This document shows positions 1-9,969 of a stretch of 64,000 nucleotides of DNA, piece after piece (the stretch's first letter is position 1; each line of letters starts with the position of its first letter). Below the pieces are notes generated by a model. That model was not told where the DNA came from, made no database searches, and saw nothing but the letters and a program-made list of their open reading frames with translations. The stretch covers positions 68,696,001 to 68,760,000 of the forward strand of contig OZ024741.1 of the NCBI GenBank assembly GCA_964016885.1, in the 5' to 3' direction. The position numbers and the translations under genes are program-made. The stretch comes from Eledone cirrhosa. Lineage: Eukaryota.

Positions 1-13
1 TTCTCTTTCGCAA

Positions 14-1951
14 GTGACGAAAGAAAAGAAAAGTCTCGTGCAAAGCGTGCAAAGTTTCTCCACGACGACGACGACAGCGACGAAACAGGTCTGCGGGAAA
101 TACGAAAACCCAGTTCATTCGTCTGACGTCAGGAATAATAGCAGTAGCAGCCGTAATAACAACAGCAACAGTGACAATGAAAACAACAGTAGCAGCCGCA
201 ACAGCATCACCAGCAGCATAAACAACAACAGCATTAGCAGCAGCAACACCAACAACAACCACAGCAACAGCGGCGGAGGCAGTAGTCGTAGTACCTGCAG
301 CAACAACAAAAGTACCAGCAGCTCTGATGACAACAACAACAGCAGAGAAAAACCAATCTCATTTGCAGGTATTGCGAAAAACTTGGAAACAATCCTCATA
401 ACAAATGAGGAATTAGAGGAAGCGAAGAAGATGGTTACAAAGAACGGACACCGAGCAATCTGCAAGGCAGCGGAAAAATTTTTCGAAACCCAAGAGCACT
501 GTACGGTCACGTACCGTACAGTAAGTACAAAATCCCGTAGGGTGGAAAGAGCCACAGAGGCCCAAATACAAAAAGCCTTGGGGTCTGTGTGGCAGCGGAA
601 AACGCACATCACCCGAGGCAAAAAATATGCCACCGTAGACGTACTTTTTGCCACACCCCAGGAGGCAAAGGCCCAATCAGTAGTGACCCTAAGGAGCGAG
701 GAAATGGTGTTGGTGCCCTCCTACTGTGGGCAAAAAATTGTGAGGGTCAAACTAACCCACGTCCCCCCCGGAATGACCCCTTCTTGGCTGGCCGCGTCTG
801 TCCTCGTCGGAATCGAGGACAAAACAACTGTACTGCAAGTACAGAAAAAAGTAAGAGAAGATTGGGTCGGCTCCTCCATTGAGATGCTAATCCAAACCAA
901 CCAGGAGTGCATCGAAGCTATCCCGGATGTGATAGACTTCGATAACGGCACTCAACTGCCCATAAGTGTTGAGGGCAAACGCCCGAAATGCTTTCGCTGT
1001 GGATCGAAGACTCACCTCAGGGCCTTCTGCAACGAGAAGACCCTGAGAAAGGAGAAAACCCCCCTCCTTCCGAATCCGGCTCCACGGCTACCAGCAACAG
1101 GACAAGCGGCAACCAGGAACGATAGGTCCGTGGCACCCATACCCACTCCACGGAAATCAAAAACAGCAGCAGCAGTGGAAATATTAACAACAACAACAGC
1201 AATACCAAATGCAGCTGCAACAGAGACTCCAGTGCAAACATCACCAACAACAAGTGAAAGAGTGGAGCTGGTACCCCTCCCCGACCTCACAGAATCAGAC
1301 ATGGAGTGTGAGGTGGGAGAGGGATGGCAAAAGGTCGTAAGAAGGCACAAACGCAGAAGCAGCGCATCGTCGCCTTTGAAAAGGGAGGAAAGAAATGAGA
1401 AAAGGGTAAAGTCTACTGCAAAGAGACCCACAGCAGCAACAACACCAACACCATCACCACCCACACTAGCACCACCATCACCACCGCCAACAACACCTTT
1501 AACACCACCACCACAAGCACCAACATCGCAAACACAACAACAAAACACACACACCCAGCAACAACGACAAGAAAATAGTAGAACCACACCCCACCCCCAG
1601 AAAAACAAATGCACGGCAATAAATACACACAACAAGAAACTAATGACTTACATAATTGAACACACAGACATTTCACAACAGGACTACATAATACCAGCAC
1701 CAATCAAAACGCCAACTAACATAAGACTGCTAAAAATAGCACAGAAACAATACACAAATATTAAAACGAAATTCCCCAACGCAGTTGGTGATTTCAGGGA
1801 CCTAGGAGGAACCATCAATCGAAGAGTATACTCAGACATTCTCTTAGAAGAGCCGACGACCAGCCGAAGGGACGATTCAACGGTCCCTTCACCAGACGAT
1901 CAAGTGAAAAGGGATGTAAAAACCATCCCTCCTCTACCAAAAGTACGGTAA
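14..1951 (+). CDS. LINE ORF1, zinc-knuckle nucleic-acid-binding protein (N-terminus outside window)
   Basis: CX2CX4HX4C knuckle CFRCGSKTHLRAFC; S/N-rich and P/T-rich low-complexity tracts; same frame and sequence as 7856-9934. Confidence 0.9.
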   Translation: MTKEKKSLVQSVQSFSTTTTTATKQVCGKYENPVHSSDVRNNSSSSRNNNSNSDNENNSSSRNSITSSINNNSISSSNTNNNHSNSGGGSSRSTCSNNKSTSSSDDNNNSREKPISFAGIAKNLETILITNEELEEAKKMVTKNGHRAICKAAEKFFETQEHCTVTYRTVSTKSRRVERATEAQIQKALGSVWQRKTHITRGKKYATVDVLFATPQEAKAQSVVTLRSEEMVLVPSYCGQKIVRVKLTHVPPGMTPSWLAASVLVGIEDKTTVLQVQKKVREDWVGSSIEMLIQTNQECIEAIPDVIDFDNGTQLPISVEGKRPKCFRCGSKTHLRAFCNEKTLRKEKTPLLPNPAPRLPATGQAATRNDRSVAPIPTPRKSKTAAAVEILTTTTAIPNAAATETPVQTSPTTSERVELVPLPDLTESDMECEVGEGWQKVVRRHKRRSSASSPLKREERNEKRVKSTAKRPTAATTPTPSPPTLAPPSPPPTTPLTPPPQAPTSQTQQQNTHTQQQRQENSRTTPHPQKNKCTAINTHNKKLMTYIIEHTDISQQDYIIPAPIKTPTNIRLLKIAQKQYTNIKTKFPNAVGDFRDLGGTINRRVYSDILLEEPTTSRRDDSTVPSPDDQVKRDVKTIPPLPKVR

Positions 1952-1986
1952 GTGGTCTTTCCCATCTTTTCCACTCTATTTTAAAC

Positions 1987-4900
1987 ATGACCTCACTCAG
2001 AATAGGCAGCATAAATGCGCGTGGCTTGGGGTCGTCATGGAAGCAGGGTCACCTGCTCAACGACCTCAGGTCACTAAACATAGATGTAGTGGCCATCAGC
2101 GAGACCAGAATCTCCGAAGCACGGGCCTTCGCACCGATCTTCGGCGGCTTCGATGTGTACGCATCTCCCAGCCGTCCTGGATCGGGTGGAGGAGTTGCTG
2201 TGCTTTTTCGGAGAGGTTTGGATCTCGCCATACGGGCCATCTTCCTGGACCCAGAGGGTAAGCTGGTGGTGCTGGACGTGACCAGCGGAGACGGGCAAGC
2301 TTTCAGGCTAGTGGCCGTCTATGCCCCGACAGGAGCAGGGCGGCCTGATTTCTTCCGGCGTCTGGAGACCTTTCTTGGAACGTCCCGCTCTTTAGTGTTA
2401 GTGGGCGACTGGAACGGGATCTTAGATGCACGCTGGGACTGTGTGGGATTAGCGGATAGGGGTGGAGGGTGCAAGAGCCTCACCAACCTGCTCAGGCGTT
2501 TTGAACTGTCTGACAGGTACCGATTGGATTTCCCGAATGTGCCAATGTGGACTTGGACAAACCGCATAGGGTCATCCAGATCATATCTAGATAGAGTATT
2601 TTGTAGGGAAATAGATAGGTCTAGCATAGGCTGTCCACAATTCAAGATAGTCAGCTACACGGACCACAAATTCGTGACCTGTGTGCTTGACTTAGATAGG
2701 CTTCATAGACGAGGACCCGGCTACTGGAAGCTAAACGCGTCCTTACCAGCGCGCAAGGCCTACAGAGACCGGATTAGCGAACTAGTTAAGCGGGCGTTGA
2801 CGGGGGCCATCGTCAACAACAAGTGGTGGTTTGCTCTGAAAAGAGCGATTAGAATAGAATCGATTAGGTTTAGTAAGGCTTTAGCAATAGAGAAAAATAG
2901 AGCAGAGGGAGAACTAGTTAGAAAATTAGACGAGGCGCTTAGCAAAGGCATTGCGACCGACGTGCTTGCGGCGAAATTGGCCCTTGACCAATTCTTCAAT
3001 GCAAAGCACGAAGGCTGCGTTGTCAGAGCTAGGGTGCGTGCTCTCAGACACGAGGGGACGAAAGCCGTTCAATGGGCCCGAGTGGCGGAGGCGCGTCGTG
3101 GCAACAAAGCCACGATCCGGTCTTTGGTGGACCACGACGGGCGCATGCTACTCGATCCCGGGAAAATGTGTGAAGCTTTTCAGCGACACTTCGCTCAGCT
3201 GTTCGGGGGCAGCGGGGGGCCGGGTAGAGGGATGGACTTTAGTGTCTACCTCGACGGACTGCCGCGGCTCTCGGCCACTGAGGCGAAGTGTTGCGAAAAG
3301 CCGATAACAGCCGCTGAAGTACGGGAGGCAATGACTGGCTGCACAAGGGGTAAATCGCCTGGTTTGGATGGTCTGCCCTATGAACTTTACGTACAGATGC
3401 CAGACTTGTTCGGAGGCCTCTTGGCGGACGTCTACTGCAACTGGCAACAGAACGGGAGAATTCCCAGTTCTGTGAGCCGAGGAGCGGTGGCACTGCTGAG
3501 AAAGGATCCGAACAAGGGGGATAACATAGACAATTTCCGGCCCATAACTCTGCTAAACACAGAGTTTAAGATTTTGGCCAAGGTGCTAGCAAAGAGGTTG
3601 GCGCTTGTCGTTGGTGGTCTGGTGGGAGAGGCGCAGACATGCGCCATTCCCGACAGATCCATCCACGACAACCTCCACCTCATGCGATACATCGTAGAGA
3701 GGGTAGCTAGGGAACCTGGCACGGGTGGGTCCTTGATCAATTTAGATCAGTCGAAAGCTTTCGATAGGGTCGACCATCGTTACCTAGCGGCAGTCCTGAG
3801 GGCGGCTGGCTTTGGGCCCGTCTTCAGAGGCTGGATCGCTGCCATGCACAGCGACATCTGCTCTGTGGTGAGAGTGAACGGTCACCTGTCGGAACCGTTC
3901 AACATCATGCGCTCGGTCCGCCAAGGATGTCCCCTCTCGTCCCTATTGTACGTATTGACTCTCGAGCCATTACTGCACAAACTGGAGACGTTGAGGGGAG
4001 TCCCGCGCGAACTAGGATGCGGAAGATCCGTGTCAGCATATGCGGACGATGTCACCGTAGTGGTGTCGAACGCCAAACACATCGAGGCGATCGGCACTAC
4101 ACTAAGAGAATACGAAGCGGTGACAGGAGCAATGATCAACCAGGAAAAGTCAGTGGGCCTGCAGCTCGGCACCTGGAGAGGCAGGTCCATGCCGTCCAAC
4201 AGCGTCGTCGGGCGCTGGACGGACGGACCGGTTAAATTGCTAGGGGTCTGGTTCGGTCCGGACCTCCAGACGGACAAAAACTGGGACGAGGTGACGAGCA
4301 GGGTGGCTTCTCTCACCCAGAAATGGGCGGAGAGGAAGCTATCCCTGAAAGGTCGAGCGGAGGTGGCTAACGCGTACATCGCGTCTGTCATCTGCTACCG
4401 CCTAACCGTCGTACCTTGTCCTAAGCCTCGCCTGACTGCGCTGGAGCGTTTGCTCTTTCGCTTTTTGTGGAAGGGACGTGCTCCGATGGTCAGGCGGTCC
4501 ATCTGTTGTCAACACCCGCTACGTGGAGGGCTGGGCATGCCGTGGCTGATGATGCGCAGGCACGCGCTCAGGCTACGACATCTCCACCTCTTCCTCGACG
4601 GTGATCAGGTGTGGTCGCCGTTTGCTAGACGCGTTTTTCCCCAGCTCGTTTCCTTGACGGAGCTGCAGTCCTGGGTCAAGCGAAGACCGAGAGGGAGCGC
4701 CTGGAGACTGGAATGTCTTCAGGCGCTCACAGCCCTCGACCAATCGGGCAATGTGATCGGTGGAAACTCCACCTCGGCGTTCTATAGAGGATTAGTGGAG
4801 GGGAAGAGCGACGACGTACTTGGGGAAACTCTAGGCGTCGACGAAAATCAACTAGCCAATCTCTTCGGAAGAACTTTCGGGCCAGGGCCTATGGACAACT

Positions 4901-5406
4901 TCCAGAAATCTCTGGCCTGGCAGTGCTACCGAGGAGCCTTGCCAGTTCGGGATAAACTCTACAGGCATGGAGGTGCCGTCAGCCGGGCATGTCCGAGATG
5001 CGCGCAGGGCGACGAAACCGTCCTGCACGCACTCGTCCAGTGTCCGAAAATTGCTGACTTGTGGGTTTATGTCGAACACCTGCTGTCGCGTTTAGGACGG
5101 ATCCAGCTATCATCTGAGTCTATCGTGAGGATTGCCCCGCCCTCCTCCTTTAGCCGGGAAGGGCAGGCAGTTTTTATCTGTCTGGTGGCCATGGCGAAAG
5201 AGATAGTATGGTGGACACGTTTGAAAGGGCTGAAGACGAGCACTTACCTCTTCGGTGATGCTCTGATTGACTTTTTCAAATTTCATTTGAAAAGGAAAAT
5301 CAGAGTAGAGAAGGAAGTGCTCTCTTCCCAGCATTTTGTTGAAAGATGGGTGAGAGAAGCAAGAATGGCCCGAGTGAATGGGCCGACTCTGAGTATATAT
5401 CTGTAA
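1987..5406 (+). CDS. LINE ORF2: AP endonuclease, reverse transcriptase and C-terminal CCHC finger (1139 aa, intact)
   Basis: APE motifs SINARGL, ISET, VYAP, GDWN, YLDRVF, TDH; RT motifs KSPGLDGL, FRPITLLN, KAFDRV, QGCPLS, YADD; CPRC..ETVLHALVQC; GPGYWKLN linker typical of L1/Tx1. Confidence 0.97.
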   Translation: MTSLRIGSINARGLGSSWKQGHLLNDLRSLNIDVVAISETRISEARAFAPIFGGFDVYASPSRPGSGGGVAVLFRRGLDLAIRAIFLDPEGKLVVLDVTSGDGQAFRLVAVYAPTGAGRPDFFRRLETFLGTSRSLVLVGDWNGILDARWDCVGLADRGGGCKSLTNLLRRFELSDRYRLDFPNVPMWTWTNRIGSSRSYLDRVFCREIDRSSIGCPQFKIVSYTDHKFVTCVLDLDRLHRRGPGYWKLNASLPARKAYRDRISELVKRALTGAIVNNKWWFALKRAIRIESIRFSKALAIEKNRAEGELVRKLDEALSKGIATDVLAAKLALDQFFNAKHEGCVVRARVRALRHEGTKAVQWARVAEARRGNKATIRSLVDHDGRMLLDPGKMCEAFQRHFAQLFGGSGGPGRGMDFSVYLDGLPRLSATEAKCCEKPITAAEVREAMTGCTRGKSPGLDGLPYELYVQMPDLFGGLLADVYCNWQQNGRIPSSVSRGAVALLRKDPNKGDNIDNFRPITLLNTEFKILAKVLAKRLALVVGGLVGEAQTCAIPDRSIHDNLHLMRYIVERVAREPGTGGSLINLDQSKAFDRVDHRYLAAVLRAAGFGPVFRGWIAAMHSDICSVVRVNGHLSEPFNIMRSVRQGCPLSSLLYVLTLEPLLHKLETLRGVPRELGCGRSVSAYADDVTVVVSNAKHIEAIGTTLREYEAVTGAMINQEKSVGLQLGTWRGRSMPSNSVVGRWTDGPVKLLGVWFGPDLQTDKNWDEVTSRVASLTQKWAERKLSLKGRAEVANAYIASVICYRLTVVPCPKPRLTALERLLFRFLWKGRAPMVRRSICCQHPLRGGLGMPWLMMRRHALRLRHLHLFLDGDQVWSPFARRVFPQLVSLTELQSWVKRRPRGSAWRLECLQALTALDQSGNVIGGNSTSAFYRGLVEGKSDDVLGETLGVDENQLANLFGRTFGPGPMDNFQKSLAWQCYRGALPVRDKLYRHGGAVSRACPRCAQGDETVLHALVQCPKIADLWVYVEHLLSRLGRIQLSSESIVRIAPPSSFSREGQAVFICLVAMAKEIVWWTRLKGLKTSTYLFGDALIDFFKFHLKRKIRVEKEVLSSQHFVERWVREARMARVNGPTLSIYL

Positions 5407-5665
5407 ACTAAAGGTGGAAAACTGGGAGAGGGCACTTGCCTTGGTGGTCAGGGTCATTGTGGCTTTTTACTGGGCTTTCTCCACAAATGTCCCTCCGAAG
5501 TCTCCCCCCTATTGGGGAATTTTTCATTGTTATTTTCATTGTTATTTTTGTTACATCCTCTGTTTATGTTTTTTACACGCAGAAATGCCCATTTGTACCG
5601 TCCTGCATTGTCCTGCACTGTCCTTAATGTCTACTTTATGTAAACCCTTGTGGTTAATAAAGAAA

Positions 5666-5667
<2 letters not shown>

Positions 5668-5718
<51 letters not shown>

Positions 5719-5733
5719 GTTATTATTATTATT
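5668..5733. repeat. (ATT)n microsatellite shared by the LINE 3' end and the Dong 3' end
   Basis: Directly visible; one GTT variant. Confidence 0.97.
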
Positions 5734-7614
5734 CCTTGAATCTCAGTCATTGATGTTGGTTAACTGGAAAGTCCGTTGGATTGAATATCAAGCCACTACC
5801 TGCAGCCTCAGATATTCAGGACGTATCGGAGGGTTCTTGCTGTTCCAAGCAAGCATGCCTTTTGAAGCGTTCCAAAAAGCGTGAAGGGGCCGATTTTCTT
5901 TAACCATCCCTGGAAACCTTTGGAGATAGTCCCCAGTGCGCCTATGACAATCGGGATCACTTTGACTTCATGGCAGTTCCAAATCCTTTTCACCTCCCAC
6001 TTTAGGTCCTGGTATCGGTTAATTTTCTCCCTCTCCTTCTCTTGCACTCTCGTGTCGAACGGGCAGGCCACATCCACAATCAGGCACGATCTTTTTTCTT
6101 TGTCCACAACCACCAGGTCAGGTCTATTGTGTTCCAGTTTTTTGTCCGTCTGTATCCTAAAATCCCACAGCACCTTCACCTGACTGTTCTCCATCACTGC
6201 CTCTGGCCTATGCTCATACCATTTCTCAGAATGTGGTAGATTGTTTACTTTGCACAGGTGCCAGTGGATCACCCTGCCCATCACATCGTGTCTCCAGCCC
6301 TTATAGTGGGTCTGGGCTAGGTGTTTACACTCGGACACAATGTGAGCCACAGTCTCCTCTCTCTCTCCACAGATCCTGCACAGTGGGCTAGCCTCCTCCT
6401 TGTAGATATGGTGCTTCAACCACTTCGTTTTGAGGGCCTGCTCCTGCGCAGCCATTAGCATTCCTTCTGTAGCCTTTTTGAGGTCTCCTCTTCTCAACCA
6501 GTTCCATGTCTGTGGATCTCTAAATTCAGTTTTCTCAAAGAAGGTACTATGAAGGGATTTTCCCTTAAGGCTGCTCTTCCTCCTTGATGTTATTTCCTCC
6601 TTGGACATCCCCTGGCCTACTGTCCCCTCCTTCAGTACAGTTCTGAGCATTGGCTCCTTACTATAGGTCACGTATTTGTATAGGTTGTTTTTCTCCATCT
6701 GAACACAGTCCTCTATGCTGATAAGACCTCTTCCACCCTCAGATCTCCTTAGATAGAGTCTATCGACATCACTCCTCTTGTGGAACATGTTGTAGATAGT
6801 CAATAGCTTCCTAGTCTTCCTATCCATTTCTTTTTGTTCAGCAACATTCCATCTCAGAATTCCCGCACTGTACCTAATAATAGACACAGCTCGGGAATTT
6901 ACTGCGCTTATGGCATTTCTGCTGTTCAGATGTGACTTCAATACGCTCCTTACTCTCCGAATGTATTCAGTTCTTAACAATTCCTTCATTTTTTTGTTCT
7001 TTATGCCATCAGCCTCCAGAACGCCCAAATACTTGTATCCTTCCTCAGAGTCAATTTCCTTTATCATCTCACCTGTTGGTATCTGGATCCCGTTACTTCT
7101 GCTCAACCTACCCCTCTTCATCACAATGACTCCACATTTACCAATACCAAACTGCATACATATATCACTGCTGAAAATACGGACAGTGTCAACAAGCACA
7201 TCCAACTCCTTCTCACTTTTCCCGAAGAGCTTAAGATCGTCCATGAAGAGGAGGTGATTGATGGTAAGCTCTCCCCTTCCCAACTTGTATCCTGCTCTCA
7301 CTTTTCGCAGCATAATGGTCAAGGGCATCAGGGCAAGGACAAACAACAGAGGGGACAGGCTATCTCCCTGGAAGATAACTCTCTTGATCTTCACGCTTCC
7401 CAAGGATACTCCAGTTGATGTCAACTCTGTCTCCCAGGACCCCATACTCCTGCCCAGCAACTGTCTGATGTTATCCGCCACCCTGAAGACCTCCAGGCTT
7501 TTGGTGATCCAGGAATGAGGCACCATGTCAAATGCCTTTCTGTAGTCTATCCATCCCATGGCAAGATCCCATGGCAAGATCTGTGTGTCTCCTCCTGCAA
7601 TTCCCCATTACCAT
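5734..7614 (-). mobile_element. R4/Dong-clade RLE non-LTR retrotransposon, copy A (5'-truncated)
   Basis: Short 3' UTR then (TAA)n tail; homology to copy B stops at 7614 next to (ATT)9; 13-bp tandem duplication ATCCCATGGCAAG at 7553-7578. Confidence 0.92.
5808..7577 (-). pseudogene. Truncated RT + CCHC + restriction-like endonuclease ORF of Dong copy A
   Basis: DYRKAFDMVPH, FQGDSLSP, LFMDD, YKYLG, EGGRGL; CRICGEREETVAHIVSEC; RHD..WD..IQTD..HNRPD..VDVACP..EKI..Y (PD-D/ExK-type RLE). Confidence 0.92.
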
Positions 7615-7641
7615 ATTATTATTATTATTATTATTATTATT
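7615..7641. repeat. (ATT)9 at the 5' junction of LINE copy 2
   Basis: Directly visible. Confidence 0.97.
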
Positions 7642-7855
7642 GAATGCCATGGTTGACGGAGGCTCGGCTCTGTAAGGTATAGTAATTTTTAACCGTTAAA
7701 ACAATTGTAAATTGTTTAAAACTTGAACCAAATTGTTGATAAAGACACCCTCCTCCTCGTGAGAGGGGTCTTTCTGTCCGTTATTTGGCCCTTCGGGGCT
7801 AAATAACCAGTTATTGGGGTTTTGTACCCAATATTCATTTTAAACAAAAAACAAC

Positions 7856-9934
7856 ATGGCTACGAAAAAGAAATTTCATACGTCACTCCCACTCATTCCG
7901 TCTTCTTCTTCCTCAATCATCACTACAGCAGAGAGAAGATTGTCTCTCTCCCTCCCTTCTTTAAATGTGTCTCTCTCCCTCCCTTCTCTTTCGCAAGTGA
8001 CGAAAGAAAAGAAAAGTCTCGTGCAAAGCGTGCAAAGTTTCTCCACGACGACGACGACAGCGACGAAACAGGTCTGCGGGAAATACGAAAACCCAGTTCA
8101 TTCGTCTGACGTCAGGAATAATAGCAGTAGCAGCCGTAATAACAACAGCAACAGTGACAATGAAAACAACAGTAGCAGCCGCAACAGCATCACCAGCAGC
8201 ATAAACAACAACAGCATTAGCAGCAGCAACACCAACAACAACCACAGCAACAGCGGCGGAGGCAGTAGTCGTAGTACCTGCAGCAACAACAAAAGTACCA
8301 GCAGCTCTGACGACAACAACAACAGCAGAGAAAAACCAATCTCATTTGCAGGTATTGCGAAAAACTTGGAAACAATCCTCATAACAAATGAGGAATTAGA
8401 GGAAGCGAAGAAGATGGTTACAAAGAACGGACACCGAGCAATCTGCAAGGCAGCGGAAAAATTTTTCGAAACCCAAGAGCACTGTACGGTCACGTACCGT
8501 ACAGTAAGTACAAAATCCCGTAGGGTGGAAAGAGCCACAGAGGCCCAAATACAAAAAGCCTTGGGGTCTGTGTGGCAGCGGAAAACGCACATCACCCGAG
8601 GCAAAAAATATGCCACCGTAGACGTACTTTTTGCCACACCCCAGGAGGCAAAGGCCCAATCAGTAGTGACCCTAAGGAGCGAGGAAATGGTGTTGGTGCC
8701 CTCCTACTGTGGGCAAAAAATTGTGAGGGTCAAACTAACCCACGTCCCCCCCGGAATGACCCCTTCTTGGCTGGCCGCGTCTGTCCTCGTCGGAATCGAG
8801 GACAAAACAACTGTACTGCAAGTACAGAAAAAAGTAAGAGAAGATTGGGTCGGCTCCTCCATTGAGATGCTAATCCAAACCAACCAGGAGTGCATCGAAG
8901 CTATCCCGGATGTGATAGACTTCGATAACGGCACTCAACTGCCCATAAGTGTTGAGGGCAAACGCCCGAAATGCTTTCGCTGTGGATCGAAGACTCACCT
9001 CAGGGCCTTCTGCAACGAGAAGACCCTGAGAAAGGAGAAAACCCCCCTCCTTCCGAATCCGGCTCCACGGCTACCAGCAACAGGACAAGCGGCAACCAGG
9101 AACGATAGGTCCGTGGCACCCATACCCACTCCACGGAAATCAAAAACAGCAGCAGCAGTGGAAATATTAACAACAACAACAGCAATACCAAATGCAGCTG
9201 CAACAGAGACTCCAGTGCAAACATCACCAACAACAAGTGAAAGAGTGGAGCTGGTACCCCTCCCCGACCTCACAGAATCAGACATGGAGTGTGAGGTGGG
9301 AGAGGGATGGCAAAAGGTCGTAAGAAGGCACAAACGCAGAAGCAGCGCATCGTCGCCTTTGAAAAGGGAGGAAAGAAATGAGAAAAGGGTAAAGTCTACT
9401 GCAAAGAGACCCACAGCAGCAACAACACCAACACCATCACCACCCACACTAGCACCACCATCACCACCGCCAACAACACCTTTAACACCACCACCACAAG
9501 CACCAACATCGCAAACACAACAACAAAACACACACACCCAGCAACAACGACAAGAAAATAGTAGAACCACACCCCACCCCCAGAAAAACAAATGCACGGC
9601 AATAAATACACACAACAAGAAACTAATGACTTACATAATTGAACACACAGACATTTCACAACAGGACTACATAATACCAGCACCAATCAAAACGCCAACT
9701 AACATAAGACTGCTAAAAATAGCACAGAAACAATACACAAATATTAAAACGAAATTCCCCAACGCAGTTGGTGATTTCAGGGACCTAGGAGGAACCATCA
9801 ATCGAAGAGTATACTCAGACATTCTCTTAGAAGAGCCGACGACCAGCCGAAGGGACGATTCAACGGTCCCTTCACCAGACGATCAAGTGAAAAGGGATGT
9901 AAAAACCATCCCTCCTCTACCAAAAGTACGGTAA
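7856..9934 (+). CDS. LINE ORF1 (692 aa) zinc-knuckle protein
   Basis: ATG in strong context (AACAACATGG); CFRCGSKTHLRAFC knuckle. Confidence 0.92.
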   Translation: MATKKKFHTSLPLIPSSSSSIITTAERRLSLSLPSLNVSLSLPSLSQVTKEKKSLVQSVQSFSTTTTTATKQVCGKYENPVHSSDVRNNSSSSRNNNSNSDNENNSSSRNSITSSINNNSISSSNTNNNHSNSGGGSSRSTCSNNKSTSSSDDNNNSREKPISFAGIAKNLETILITNEELEEAKKMVTKNGHRAICKAAEKFFETQEHCTVTYRTVSTKSRRVERATEAQIQKALGSVWQRKTHITRGKKYATVDVLFATPQEAKAQSVVTLRSEEMVLVPSYCGQKIVRVKLTHVPPGMTPSWLAASVLVGIEDKTTVLQVQKKVREDWVGSSIEMLIQTNQECIEAIPDVIDFDNGTQLPISVEGKRPKCFRCGSKTHLRAFCNEKTLRKEKTPLLPNPAPRLPATGQAATRNDRSVAPIPTPRKSKTAAAVEILTTTTAIPNAAATETPVQTSPTTSERVELVPLPDLTESDMECEVGEGWQKVVRRHKRRSSASSPLKREERNEKRVKSTAKRPTAATTPTPSPPTLAPPSPPPTTPLTPPPQAPTSQTQQQNTHTQQQRQENSRTTPHPQKNKCTAINTHNKKLMTYIIEHTDISQQDYIIPAPIKTPTNIRLLKIAQKQYTNIKTKFPNAVGDFRDLGGTINRRVYSDILLEEPTTSRRDDSTVPSPDDQVKRDVKTIPPLPKVR

Positions 9935-9969
9935 GTGGTCTTTCCCATCTTTTCCACTCTATTTTAAAC

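Larger units (their letters stand above)
1..5667 (+). mobile_element. L1/Tx1-clade non-LTR retrotransposon, copy 1 (5' end cut by window edge)
   Basis: Two ORFs (gag-like ORF1, APE-RT ORF2), 3' UTR with AATAAA at 5656-5661, ends in (ATT)n; near-identical to 7984-13638 (offset 7983). Confidence 0.95.

Noticed and set aside
1012-1635. Antisense ORFs within LINE ORF1/ORF2 and within Dong
   Set aside because: Expected shadows of low-complexity or codon-biased sense ORFs; no motifs.
5414-5884. Third ORF after LINE ORF2 with poly-Leu (also 13397-13753)
   Set aside because: GTG start; runs through the 3' UTR, (TTA)n and antisense Dong; the two copies differ in length.
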